Of a DNA stretch of 64,000 nucleotides, positions 42,123 through 53,078 are shown one piece after another. The translations under genes and the position numbers were made by a program. The DNA is from Hyaloraphidium curvatum SAG 235-1 (taxonomy: Eukaryota; Fungi; Monoblepharomycota): positions 62,001 through 126,000 of the forward strand of contig JAIVFI010000038.1 in the NCBI GenBank assembly GCA_025558095.1, read 5' to 3'. Every line of letters starts with the position of its first letter. The stretch's first letter is position 1. The notes beneath the pieces are model-generated. The model ran no database searches. It was not told the origin of the DNA and saw only the letters and a program-made list of their open reading frames with translations.

Positions 42123-43658
42123 ATGGCGCCCGCTGCCGCCTCTTCCTTCACCGGCGCTGAATGGCTTGCACTTTTCCCTGCCGCTACCGAGCCCCGGCCG
42201 GCGCTGTCGGGCGAGGCGCCCCCGCCGGACCCCGCTGGACCCGTCCGCCTTGCGCTGCCTCTGACGGCCGCGACGCTGCTCGACGCACTCTCCCCGTTCC
42301 CCGCTTTGCGACGATTCACGCGTCTGCAGATGCTGCTGAGCCCGTGGGCGGTGCGCGCGGGCATCAGGCACGCCGCCGACTTCGTTGGGCGCACCCCGCT
42401 GTTCCTCCTCATTTGGTCCTTCAACGATGGGCGATTTTCGACGCACAACCTCGCGGTGGGCACGGCCGCGGAGCTCTTTGCGTTCTTGTTCGTCCTGCCG
42501 GCTATACTGGGCGCCGGCGGGCACAAGGGTATGAGGACAGGCCTTCGCGAAGCCCCGACAAAGGAGGGGGAGCTCGAATGGGACAGCCACTGGCTCGCGG
42601 GCTTCATCAGATGGCGTCAGCTGTTTGCCGGTGAGGAAGGGCCGGGGCCCGTAAGTCTGGTGCAGCACGATCCCACGGATCCGCTCTGTCCGTGCGAGGC
42701 GGAGACGTGCGCGGGTTCGCTGTTCGCCCACCCCGGAGCGGCGAGGATGGCTGATGCCGTTTTGAAGGCCTTCGTCACTGGAGTTATCGGCTGCTTCTTT
42801 GTCAATTGGTCCGTCTTGGTTCTCGGCTCCTTTTGGACCTCGGGCTGGGGCCCAGCACTAGCGGTCGTGTCGTGGGTCGCGATCCTAAACTGCTATCCGG
42901 TCAACTGGCTTATGCTACCCCGGCAATCGATTGCGTGCTTGAAGCTCTCTTCGCGCCTGCGCAACCGGGCGGCGTTGCTGGCCATGGCGAACCTCGTGCG
43001 CCGGTTCGAACCACTCATTTCAGGAACTACCTGGACATCTCCGCACGATTTTGACGGCACGAACCTGTACTCGGAGCTGCACGATAAGCTGACGCACGTC
43101 TGGGAAACGCGTTTCCACTACTGGTCGGACTCGATTGCCGCCATGCTGTTTTCGGTCGCGTGGATGATCGTTCCGTGCATCATCTTTGCGGTAAGTCTGT
43201 CGCCCGACGCGGCCAGGTTCCTCCCTGCTTACCTGCGATGCGGGCAGGTGGGCTCCTACTGCATCCCGTTCCATGCAATCATGATGATCCTCTTCCTCCT
43301 TTGGGGCGCCCTCTCGGACCTCACGGTGATGGCCGCCTCAAACGCCGAGATCACGGCCGTCTGCGCTGCCTACCACCGCGCGCGGATCGAGCTCCGCCGG
43401 CTCGCGGTCCGTGCGGCCGAGTCCCCCGACGCCGAGCGCCTGCGGCCCGTCGCTGAGGCGCTTTCGAAGCACGATGCGCTGCTGAGCGCCTACATGGATG
43501 GCGACAGGTACAAGGCCAAGTACGCTGGGTTCACGGCAGACTACTCGACCGTGCGGACGGTCGCGGCTACGCTCTTCACCGTCGCCATCGGCACGTTCAC
43601 GCTGCTCAGGGGGGTTGGGGTGTCGTTCACGATCGAGTCGGTGTGTCCAGGCACCTGA
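42123..43658 (+). CDS. Seven-TM protein, GRL/7TMIC-like family, paralogue 2
   Basis: HDPTDPLCPCEAETCAG; YSELHDKL..VW; AASNAEITAVCAAY; KYAGFTADYSTVRTVAATLFTVAIGTFTLLRGVGVSFTIESVCP. In-frame intron 43191-43247. Confidence 0.82.
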   Translation: MAPAAASSFTGAEWLALFPAATEPRPALSGEAPPPDPAGPVRLALPLTAATLLDALSPFPALRRFTRLQMLLSPWAVRAGIRHAADFVGRTPLFLLIWSFNDGRFSTHNLAVGTAAELFAFLFVLPAILGAGGHKGMRTGLREAPTKEGELEWDSHWLAGFIRWRQLFAGEEGPGPVSLVQHDPTDPLCPCEAETCAGSLFAHPGAARMADAVLKAFVTGVIGCFFVNWSVLVLGSFWTSGWGPALAVVSWVAILNCYPVNWLMLPRQSIACLKLSSRLRNRAALLAMANLVRRFEPLISGTTWTSPHDFDGTNLYSELHDKLTHVWETRFHYWSDSIAAMLFSVAWMIVPCIIFAVSLSPDAARFLPAYLRCGQVGSYCIPFHAIMMILFLLWGALSDLTVMAASNAEITAVCAAYHRARIELRRLAVRAAESPDAERLRPVAEALSKHDALLSAYMDGDRYKAKYAGFTADYSTVRTVAATLFTVAIGTFTLLRGVGVSFTIESVCPGT

Positions 43659-44037
43659 CGGCCCAATAGTAGCACGCAGACAAGAGCGAGGTCACCGCGG
43701 GCGGGACGAGTCGGTAGCAAGGAAGTGCAAGATAGCCTTCCGTCTTCGCGCATTCTCAAACAGATGAGATTCATGTTCGAGCCATAACCCGCCTCTGGAG
43801 CAACTGCCACGGAGAAGTCCGCCCGGCCTGGAAACGCAGTCCATTTCCCCGCCGCAAGGGTGGCTGCCGGTGAACCGGACGGACACGGCGATATTCCACG
43901 AATGCCTCGGCAGCTCGAAAAGCACGATCGATTCTGACTCGGCCAAGCTCAAAGGCCTACAAGCGGAGCGACCAACATGCCAAGCACCAGCGACGTGGCC
44001 AAGTGCCCACGAAGAGAGAGTCCCACCCACTACCCAT

Positions 44038-45127
44038 TCAGCGGCCGCTGACGGGGCTCGGAGGGCCCCCAGCCCCGATCCTGACCACGCACGCCAGCGG
44101 GAACATGCCCTCCTGCTTCGTCAGCTTGTTCTCGCCCTTTGCCCAGCCGTCCTCGAACTGCGGAACAGCAACACTCGTCAGCGATCCCGTTGCGCGACCA
44201 CAAGACAGAACCCACCGCCTCGATGATCCTGACCCCGTCCCCCACGTTGAGCAGTATCTCGTCCTCCCGTTCCGGCACGTAGGTCCGCACGACGGTGCAG
44301 TCGATCCCCGCGAGGTCGCCCGTGCCCACGTGCTCCGCGAGGGTGGGCACGGCGGTCTCCCCCGAGCGCACGGAAAAGTTGCGGCCCATCGGGGGCGCGG
44401 TCGGGACGTAGGGTGGGGCCGGCGGGCCCACGAGGCTCGCGGAGCCGACGGATTTGAGGGTGGCGTTGTCGGCGGGAGGAGGAGGGGGGGGGATGTTCGA
44501 CATCTGGTGCTCTGGCGTGGGCGGGAGCCCTTTTGCCGCGGCGTCGCCGTTGGCGTCGGCGGCCTTCTTGGAGCGGGATCTGCGGATCAGGAAGAAAGCG
44601 GCGAGGCCGGCCAGCAGCAGGACGGCGGCGCCGCCGACCGCGATCCCGATGATCGCGCCAGTCGAGAGGCCGCCCGAGGCAGGAGCGGGGGTGGGCGTCG
44701 GTGTTATGGGCTTGTTGACCTCCTCGCACGAGCTCTTCAGCTCCTCGGGGTTGACATTGGCCACTCCGCACGTGGAGAAGCATTCCGCGGCATCGTCGAG
44801 AACGACTGGCTGGCAGAGGCACGCGAAAAGTTGGAGCGGCGTTCCTTGGAGATAGGTTCCACAGAGGAGGACCATCCGCTGGCACGGGGGCGTCTGGCAG
44901 CCCGCGGGCAGGTCCTGTGCGGCCACGCGGCCCGGCGCGGCCCACAGCAGGAGGGCGGCCAGGAACACTGTTGCCGCACGCGCCACGCGCGCTGCTCGAG
45001 CGGGCCCGCGGCGCGCCACCCGTGCCGGCTGCCGGCGGTGCGGAGGAGCGCTCCATCGCGGTGCCGGTTGCGCGCCCCGTGCCCGCCGGGCTCCGTCCTG
45101 CGCCGCGTGCAGAGCAATGTCCGACAT
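44038..45127 (-). CDS. Single-pass membrane protein: Cys-rich ectodomain, TM helix, cytosolic SH3 domain
   Basis: Signal-like ATVFLAALLLWAA; GLSTGAIIGIAVGGAAVLLLAGLAAFFLIRR; VVRTYVPEREDEILLNVGD; intron 44158-44215 gives FEDGWAKG...EGMFPLACV. Confidence 0.87.
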
Positions 45128-45313
45128 GTCGACGGTGCGAGCCGATGCTCGACGGAGAGAAGCGCGGCCTCCTGTGCTAGGTGCTGTGCGCCGAATGCGA
45201 GGTTGCCGCGCAAAAGGGCTCGCCGCGTTCAACCGCCCCGAAGTCCAAGCCACATCGGGACCCGGATCGCAACGGAATCGTTTTCTTTGTCAAACTCTTT
45301 CTCTCTTCATGCC

Positions 45314-47739
45314 TCAAATCCGCGACTCGACCACCTGCCGCACAAGCACGTTCCTCGGATCCACCTGCAAAGTCGTCTTAGGATCGAAGCCCACTTCATT
45401 TTCATTGTCCATCAGCATCGGAGCGACGGGCACGACCTGATCGAATCACTTACCAATATCGTCCCAAGCATCCCTGGCCTCCTCCGGCGTCGGCGCCTTG
45501 CCCCCGGGAAACACGTGCCCGTGGTTTCGCATCCAGCGCTGCTCCGAGTACAGCGCCCCGCCGACCTCAAACACGCGGCCGGTGATCCCTGTGTTGTCCT
45601 TGCTGCAGACGTAGACGACGAGGGGCGAAATCAATTCCTGGGGAGCGATCGGGCATCAGCCCCCGAACGACATCTCGATCGCCCGGTGGAATTGGTTACC
45701 GGAGTCCAACGGGAAATCTCCTTCAGGTCCATTCCCGGGATGGTCGTGAGCATCCTCGTGCCGGCTTGCGGGCACAGCGCGTTGATGAACACGTTCTTGC
45801 GCTTGAAGAGGGGAGCCAAGGCCCTGACGAAGCTAGTGAAGCACTCAGCCCCCGAGCAACCAGCGATCGGGCCATTGAGGCGACCACCCACCCGACCGTC
45901 GCGTTCTTGGCGGCGCTGTAGTTCACCTGCCCGAAGTTTCCGTACGTCCCGCTCGCCGACGCCGTGCAGAGGATCCTGCCGAACCCCTGCGCGGACATAT
46001 GCGTCCACGCGGCGCGGACGGCGCGCTGCATCCCGTGCACATGGACCTCCTGGATGAGCTCAAAGTCCTCGTTGGTCATGCGGGCCAGGCTCTTGTCGCG
46101 GAGGCTGCCGGCGTTGCCTGGCGACGGCGATCAATTCCCGCCCGACGGCCCGCGCGGAAGAGACACCCACTGACGAGCACATCCACCCTGCCAAACTCCT
46201 TGATCGCCTGCTCGATGATCTTCTCGCCGGCCTCCTCGACCCTGGCGAAGTTGGGCACGGCCCGCGGGGCGCCGAGCGCGCGCGCCTCGTCGCAGACCTT
46301 GTTCGCCACGGATTCGTCGACGCCGCGGCCGTTGACGTCGGCGCCGGGGTCGTTCAGGACGAGCGAGGCGCCCAGGCGGGCAAAGAGATGGGCGTGTGCG
46401 CGGCCGATCCCTGGACGGATCGTGGCAGGCATTAGAAAAAAAAGCTTGGCGGCACCGGCCCGTCATACCATTGCCTGCGCCGGTAATCACCACCACCATC
46501 CCCTTGAAATCCGGCTCCGGCTTGGGCTGCTTGACCATCAGCACCCTCGCGCTCGCGGACTTGCCGCTCCTGACCGCCTCGACCAGGTCCAAGATCGCCT
46601 TGTTGTCCGGCGGCTGCGTGGGGTAGTCGAAGGCAGAAAAGTCTTCCACCTGGTTCCAGGCGGAGGCGACGGCGCCGGGGGTGACGCGCTCGTTGCCAAT
46701 CACGGCGCCGTTGCTGCGGGCCAGCTTGAAGGCCCCAGCTGCGGAAAGATGGGTCACGTCAAGACGAATTGCAAAAGGCTGGAACTGCGGACGACGTACC
46801 GTAACCGCCGCCGACGTTGAGGATGGCGCCGCCCGCCTTTGTGCAGGACGGGTGGACGGCGTAGGCCACCACGCCGGCGACCTTGTCCGGCGTCAGCGTG
46901 TTCCTCTGCCCCGCGTCCCCCGGCAGCTGCTCCGTGAGCCTCGTCGACGCCGCCGGGCACAGGACGGTGACCTTGATCCCCTTTGGCGCGCCCTCCTTGC
47001 CCGCCGTCAGGCCGATCCCGATCACCGCGGCCTTGGCGGCCGAGTACTCCGAGAGGTTGGCGGTGCCGAAGACGCCAGCGGCCGAGGCGGTGACGACGAC
47101 GCGGCCGCCGCCGGACTTGGCCGACTCGGCGAGGTGGGGCCAGGCTGCACGGAGGACGGCAAAGGTGCCGAACACGTGGACCCGGTAGACGCGCTTCCAC
47201 TGCTCGAGGTCCACGTCGTCGTACTTCTTGTAGACCCCGATCCCGGCGTTCGCGATCACTGTAGGGGAGCGAGACGGTTGGCATGGGTTCCGAGGCTTGT
47301 AAGAGTCTCGTACCGATGTCGATCCGGCCCCAAGCGTCCATGGCCTGCTTCACCATCGCGTCAGCGCCGTTGGGTGCCGCTGCCGTCACGTCCTCGGCAT
47401 TTGGCAGGGCTTCGCCGCCCGCCGCGTTGATCTCGGCCGCGACGCGTTCAGCGGCGGAAGTGGAACGGGGTCCTTCGCCCGAGATGCTGCCTCCGTAGTC
47501 GTTGACGAGCACCCTGCAGCCCCGGGAGCCGAGGAGAAGGGCATATTGGCGGCCGAGGCCCGAGCCAGCACCACTTTGGGGGCGGAAATGGCGCCGGGGA
47601 GAGAGGGGAGACGCCGCGGGAGACACGACACGAGAGACGCTCCGGATGAGAAACTGCGGTCGGAGTGACCCGGATCGTCCCACGTGATGATTGCTACGCG
47701 CTTTATTCCGTCCGAATCCCAGCGCAGCTGGCTGGCCAT
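45314..47739 (-). CDS. FOX2/MFE-2-like tandem (3R)-hydroxyacyl-CoA dehydrogenase (two SDR domains, no hydratase domain)
   Basis: IIT|GAGSGLGRQYA (intron 47574-47683), VNDYGG, NLSEYSAAK; second domain VITGAG..IGRAHA, VLNDPG, GNFGQVNYSAAK. Several more introns; the last exon ends in PTS1-like SRI. Confidence 0.87.
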
Positions 47740-48285
47740 TGTGGGAACGGTGAGGGAGCGGCTTCCAAGCAGTGGCGATCGGGCGCAACCATAAACGAAG
47801 AAGACCGCTCAACCAGACCTCTCATCTCTCATCGCACACTTGCAGCACGATGCTGAAAGAGAATACTGGAATGCGCATCAAGGAGGACGAGCTGTGCTGG
47901 CTGCTGATGGCTTCTGGTTACATCTTTCGGCACCTTGATTACGTTGACCCCGTTGCCTGTGTCCATTGCATCTCCCACCAATCCAATGAGGTGGATCAAT
48001 GTCTTCCTGATCTATGACAATCCAAAATGGATCAGACCTGGGATGTGGGTGACGGTGGGGGACAGCAGCGATGGCCGTGCGTCGGATCGGGCGCGCCAGT
48101 TTACCCCTCCTTCGCTTTTCGGCCGCTGCCCCCACACCAGCAGAGGTCCCGCTGCCGCCGGTACCTTGTCGTCCGCTTCTTTTGGGCTCTGGAACAGCGG
48201 CCGCTTGAGTGCTGCAGGCCGCCTTTGCCGGCCGCGCTGCCCGAGGACTCCGTCGCTTCCATCTTCTTCCCGACCGCTCCCCCCG

Positions 48286-49053
48286 ATGGCGACCGCCGTG
48301 CGCAAGGAAAAGACCTTTGGCACGCTCGGCAAGCCCGGCCAGGCTTTCAAGGATGAGAGCCTGGAGGACTTCCTGAAGGACTTTACGAGCAGTGTGACCA
48401 CATCGGCGGTCGTGTCGGTCAAGGAGGGCAAGGCCAAGTACCTCAAGGACATCCCGGGCGGCGGCGACCTGGAGCGCCAGCTCAAGAAGAAGGCCGTCGA
48501 GATTGGCGCCCCGCTGCCGCCGCCCGATGCGTTTGTCGAATCGGCCGAAGCCAAGGCCCGCGAGAACATCCCCGAGGCCTGGCCCGAGCTGGACCATCCC
48601 GTCTTCCAGGTCTCGGAGCGGGAGCTGAGGCAGGCCGAGGAGAAGGAGGCCAAGGACAACGCGTCCGTGTTTTCCAAGACCGCATCCTCGATCCGCTCCA
48701 AGATCACGCAGAGCAAGCAGAACGGCGTGTCCGACCTCCCCGGTGGCCTGCTCATCGCCGACGCCAAGCAGAAGCGCGAGGCCATCGGTCGCCAGGCGCT
48801 GAACGCCTCCAGGGCGAGGAGGGCCTGGGACACCGTGCGCACGCACGTGGACTCGCCTGTCGCGATCATTTTGAACAATCAGCGGGCAGGTTCTGGCCCC
48901 GTGGTGGAGCCAGCAACCGAAAGGGACGAGGCGCTCCCGGTGCCGGAAGCGCCAAAGATCGATCCCAGGGAAGCGTTCTACCTGGCGGCGATCGAAGCGC
49001 ACGAGAAGGAGAAGGCGAAGGAGAAAGGGGCGGGGGAGAAGGAGGCTTCCTAG
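48286..49053 (+). CDS. Hypothetical charged protein (255 aa)
   Basis: Strong GC3 codon bias from ATG 48286; no family recognised. Confidence 0.7.
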   Translation: MATAVRKEKTFGTLGKPGQAFKDESLEDFLKDFTSSVTTSAVVSVKEGKAKYLKDIPGGGDLERQLKKKAVEIGAPLPPPDAFVESAEAKARENIPEAWPELDHPVFQVSERELRQAEEKEAKDNASVFSKTASSIRSKITQSKQNGVSDLPGGLLIADAKQKREAIGRQALNASRARRAWDTVRTHVDSPVAIILNNQRAGSGPVVEPATERDEALPVPEAPKIDPREAFYLAAIEAHEKEKAKEKGAGEKEAS

Positions 49054-49120
49054 ATTGTTGGTGTCTTGCTAGATCATCTCTGCGTGTGTGTACACTAAGT
49101 GTGGGATTCGTGCCACTTTT

Positions 49121-49648
49121 TCAGACTCTGATCCGCAGCTTCCACTTGACCTTCTTCCACCGCAGGACTGCCATCAGCATCCCACCAATCAGCCACATCC
49201 CTGCCATGAATCCGAGCACGGGCCGGTAATCCGCACCGACGCGCTGGCCGTCCACGTAGATTGTGTTGGCGTCGATGATCGAGCCACATATGGCCGTCCC
49301 AAAGGCCTCTCCGGGAAAGAACGAGAGATAGAGCACGCCAACGACGGCACCCAGATTGTCAATTCCAAACTCGATCACGGCCAGGATCGGCATCCCGACC
49401 AGGGGCGTCCCGCAGAAGAGAGCCCACAGCATCGACGCCGCGATCGTGGTGGCCAAGTTCGTCGGAGCCGGCAGCCATATGAGGCTGGTGGCTAGGAAGG
49501 GCACGGCGCAGGCCAGAATCCACATGTTGATCTCGCCAACTCGGTCCGTGAAGAAACCGCCGACAATCCTTCCCAAAGCAACCGTTGCCGAAAACGCAGC
49601 GACAAGTGCTGCTCCCGTCGCATTCGAGTATCCTCCATCGCGCAACAT
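49121..49648 (-). pseudogene. C-terminal half of an MFS monocarboxylate-transporter-like gene
   Basis: ALGRIVGGFFTDRVG (MFS loop motif) and about 5 TM segments. An in-frame stop lies just upstream and only about 180 nt separate it from the next gene, leaving no room for the N-terminal half. Confidence 0.6.
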
Positions 49649-49826
49649 CAGAGGGCTTTGAACGGATTCGGCCCCATTTGCTCAATTATTCTGATCATGT
49701 GCGTCCGCGCTCCGAAAGCCCAGTGCGTCAGGCGATCCTCGCGAGCTTTCCAAATTGTGCATTTAGCAAAATCGGTCGACCATCTGATCTCTCGTTTGTT
49801 GGTGTAGCCTTCCCATCGCCTCACAA

Positions 49827-51394
49827 TCAGCAAACGCTTTCCAGGGTAACAACTACACCGACTGCCCTAAGCACGCTGAAGGCCGCAAACCCCGCGGTCA
49901 GCACAGCCCCAACGACTGCTCTCACCGTATTATACCCAACCTCGAACCCCAGGAATCTCGCGCGTGTCTGCGTGCTTGCGTACGAGGAGAGCACTTCGGC
50001 ATGTCGGGATAGATATCGCGCTGTTTTTGCTGTTTCGGATGAAGACGCAGGATGAGAGGGGTCGTCGAGGGATGCAGCTTGTTCGCGGAGGTACTGTGCT
50101 GCGCGGGTGTAGATGGCGCAGACGGCGTTGACGCCTGCGTTGAAATCCGCGACGAGGTAGAGGTCGCGCAGGCGGATGTAGATCTCCCGCGCCATGTAGG
50201 TGAGGAGCCACGCGGGGAGGCAAGACGACATCGCCTGGAGGGTTGGCAGGTAGGTTGAGGAGAGATGGAGTGGATTTGCGTAGACGAATCACGTACGATT
50301 TGAATCACGAGAGCCACGACGATGAATAAAGATGATGCAATGACTCCCCACGGGATGAAGCTTGTCACGCCCCGCTCGACGGTCCAGCTAGCTGCTAGAG
50401 CTGCTTGCAGCGCAAAATAGTCATTGTCCGTGGCAGGTGCCTTTTCCTCGACAGACTCAGACTTTCCGCCGCCAAGATGGCCTTCCTCAGCTCGGTCCAT
50501 TAACGGCTGCAGAGCAGCGTACACGGCCCGAAGCCTGGCCCTCCCGCGCAGAGCCGAGCCCACGGTCACAGACAGATATGTCGACGACGAAGCTGCCCAG
50601 ATAATCCCAACCAACATGGCTATCGTGCCCGCGGACGCGGCGCCAGGGCTCTTCCAAGTGCTCGAGCCGGTCGAAACCAACGGTGTCCAAAGAGAAAACA
50701 GAAAGACCAGCAAGGTGAGCACGAACCAGACAATCCGATGAAACCAGATGGTCCCTGCCGCAGCGTCCAGCAGCATCCCGCAGCACTTGTCGCCGGGACA
50801 CGGGCATGTTGGATCGCCGTCGACATGGGCGAGAAGCTCGGGGTTCATTTCGACAGCCTGGGCCCAGCGCACGACACTCTCGAGATACGTTTCCGCGCTT
50901 TGTTCACCATCGACAAAGACAAAGGGGAAGCAAGGACTCCATACTTTGCGGAGTAGTGCGTCCAATAGGGAACTGGCGCGTCGGGCTCCCCAACGGAGCA
51001 CCACGAAGGCTGTCAGCCCGATGCTGTAAAACACGTTCAATGCCAGGAACATGGAAAAAGAGGCGTAGAAGGCGGCGAGGCTCCTGGCGGACCGCGGCGC
51101 GAGGTCGGCCAGCGCGGTACAGGCCAACGCGGCGGCGCCAAAGGCCAGGGCCACGGCGAGGCTCCACTGGAAGGCGATACCGCGGGCGGCGCTCGGCAGC
51201 AGCGCGGTACGGAAGCGCGGGAAGCGACGCAGACGGGACAATGCGGCCGCGTACCCGAACGGCACTCGAAGTTCTTTCGCCGGATCGGTGTCGAGGCGCC
51301 GCGCCCAGCGGTCGCCGTCGGACGGCGCTGACGACGGGAACACCGCCAGCCACAGCGCCGGCTCAAAGACCGGAGATCGCGTCTCGCTCGACAT
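49827..51394 (-). CDS. Seven-TM protein, GRL/7TMIC-like family, paralogue 3
   Basis: HVDGDPTCPCPGDKCCG; YFALQAAL..SW; ADFNAGVNAVCAIY; RFLGFEVGYNTVRAVVGAVLTAGFAAFSVLRAVGVVVTLESVC. Intron 50235-50296 is at the equivalent position to that in paralogue 2. Confidence 0.82.
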
Positions 51395-51486
51395 GGAACT
51401 CCGTACGGAGCTCCAGGAGGACAACGCGCGCGGAACGGATGGCTGATCGACGCTTGCGCCCGGGAACGCAACGTCAACAAGTCGCG

Positions 51487-53017
51487 ATGTCGTCGCCGGC
51501 AAGTCGCGGAAAAGCGTCAAAGCCGTCGAAGGGCTCCACCGACGACGAAGCCTGCGACGAGATCGGCCCGGAGGCACTGCCGGCCCCCGGCGCGCCGGTG
51601 GACGAGCAGCTGTCGCACTCGCTGGACTTTCTCCGGCATCCGCAGCCGAGGCACAACCCGACAAACGCGCAGGCGTTGCAAATGGCTGCCAACGATGACG
51701 ATGACCGACCGTCGTCCAAGTACGGAGCGCTGGCGTCCGAAGACGCGAAGGCCGCGGCCCGGGAGATCAACGCGGTTCGTGACCCTGTGGGCGACACTTC
51801 CTGGAACCGACGAAATGACGCGTTTCTGTGGTGCCGCAGGAGATTGGCGGCGTCATTGATGCTCACTTCCACATGTGGACCCTCATGGACTCGCCGCGCC
51901 CCTTCTCGGCTTACCTGACGGCCGATCTCCGCAAGTTTGGCCTCCCGTATCCTCCGCGCCGGCCGGGTCAGGCCCCGCCGGACGACAAGATCCGGGCCAG
52001 GCTCCAGGACTACTCACGGCAGTACGGGACGGCCGAGTTCAACGTGCGGGACTACAGCTCGAGAGACTACCTTGAAGACGCTGTTCGCTGCGGAGTGAAG
52101 CTCCTTGGATCGACGTATATGCAGTGCGGTTGGGAAGGACCTGATGAGGGCGAAACAGCGTGGGCGGAAAAGGTTCGTGGGAACACCGGGGGCATCGTCG
52201 CAACGAGCATCGTCGGCACCGTTGACATGCTTGGCGAGCCGGAGGTGGGGCGAGGTCCTCGAGCGCCGAATCCAGCAGCTCACCGGTCTTCGATGTTCCA
52301 CAGGCCGTCGAAAAGACCCTGCGCGCACACATGGCCGCCTCGCCGCACTTCCGCGGGATCCGCGACATGCACCTCGCCCGCGGCCGCCGCGAACCCGAGC
52401 GCCTCGCGGACCCGCGCTGCCTCCGCAACATCGCCACCCTGGAGAGGCTCGGCCTGGTGCTCGACATCACGGCGTACCAGTGGTCGTTCCCCGCCATCTT
52501 TGAGGTCGTGAACAAGTTTCCGAAAATGACGTTCATTTTGGACCACATGGGGCCGCCGGTCAGCATCTTCGACAAGCAGAGCGAGTGGGATACCTGGAAA
52601 ACCGGCCTGCTCGCCATCGCGGCGTGTCCCAACGTCTACGTGAAGGTGACCTCCATGCGCTTCCGCACCTCACGAAGCTCTGCTCACGCCCTGAACGTCC
52701 AGCTATCCTGCCTCATGCCCGTCATCGGCTCCCGCTTCCATCTCGACCCCACCCTCCCTTCCGGCTCCGCCATCGCCGCCTCCAAGTTCGGCACGATGAT
52801 GCGCATCGCACTCGCAGCCTTCGGCCCGCGGCGGTGCATGTGGGCGTCGAACTTCCCATCGGACAGGGGCAGCGCCGGGTGGGGCGAGCTCATGGCGGCT
52901 TGCTGGCAGGTGCTGAAGGAGGAAGGGGTGGACGCCGAGGGGAGGAGGAGGGTGATGAGGGGGACGGCGGAGCAGGTCTACAGAATCGCGGTGCCGTGGG
53001 ATGCAGCGAAACTCTGA
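51487..53017 (+). CDS. Amidohydrolase_2-family (lactonase-like) enzyme with PTS1
   Basis: VIDAHFHMW, FRGIR, FILDHMG, CPNVYVK|LS, FGPRRCMWASNFPSD. Introns 51775-51839, 52245-52303 and 52646-52702. Ends in AKL. The start could instead be 51682. Confidence 0.87.
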
Positions 53018-53078
53018 GCTGCTTTCTAGTGTCTAGTGAGCAGGAATGTTGGGAATGATCTAGATGTCTTCTTTCTCT

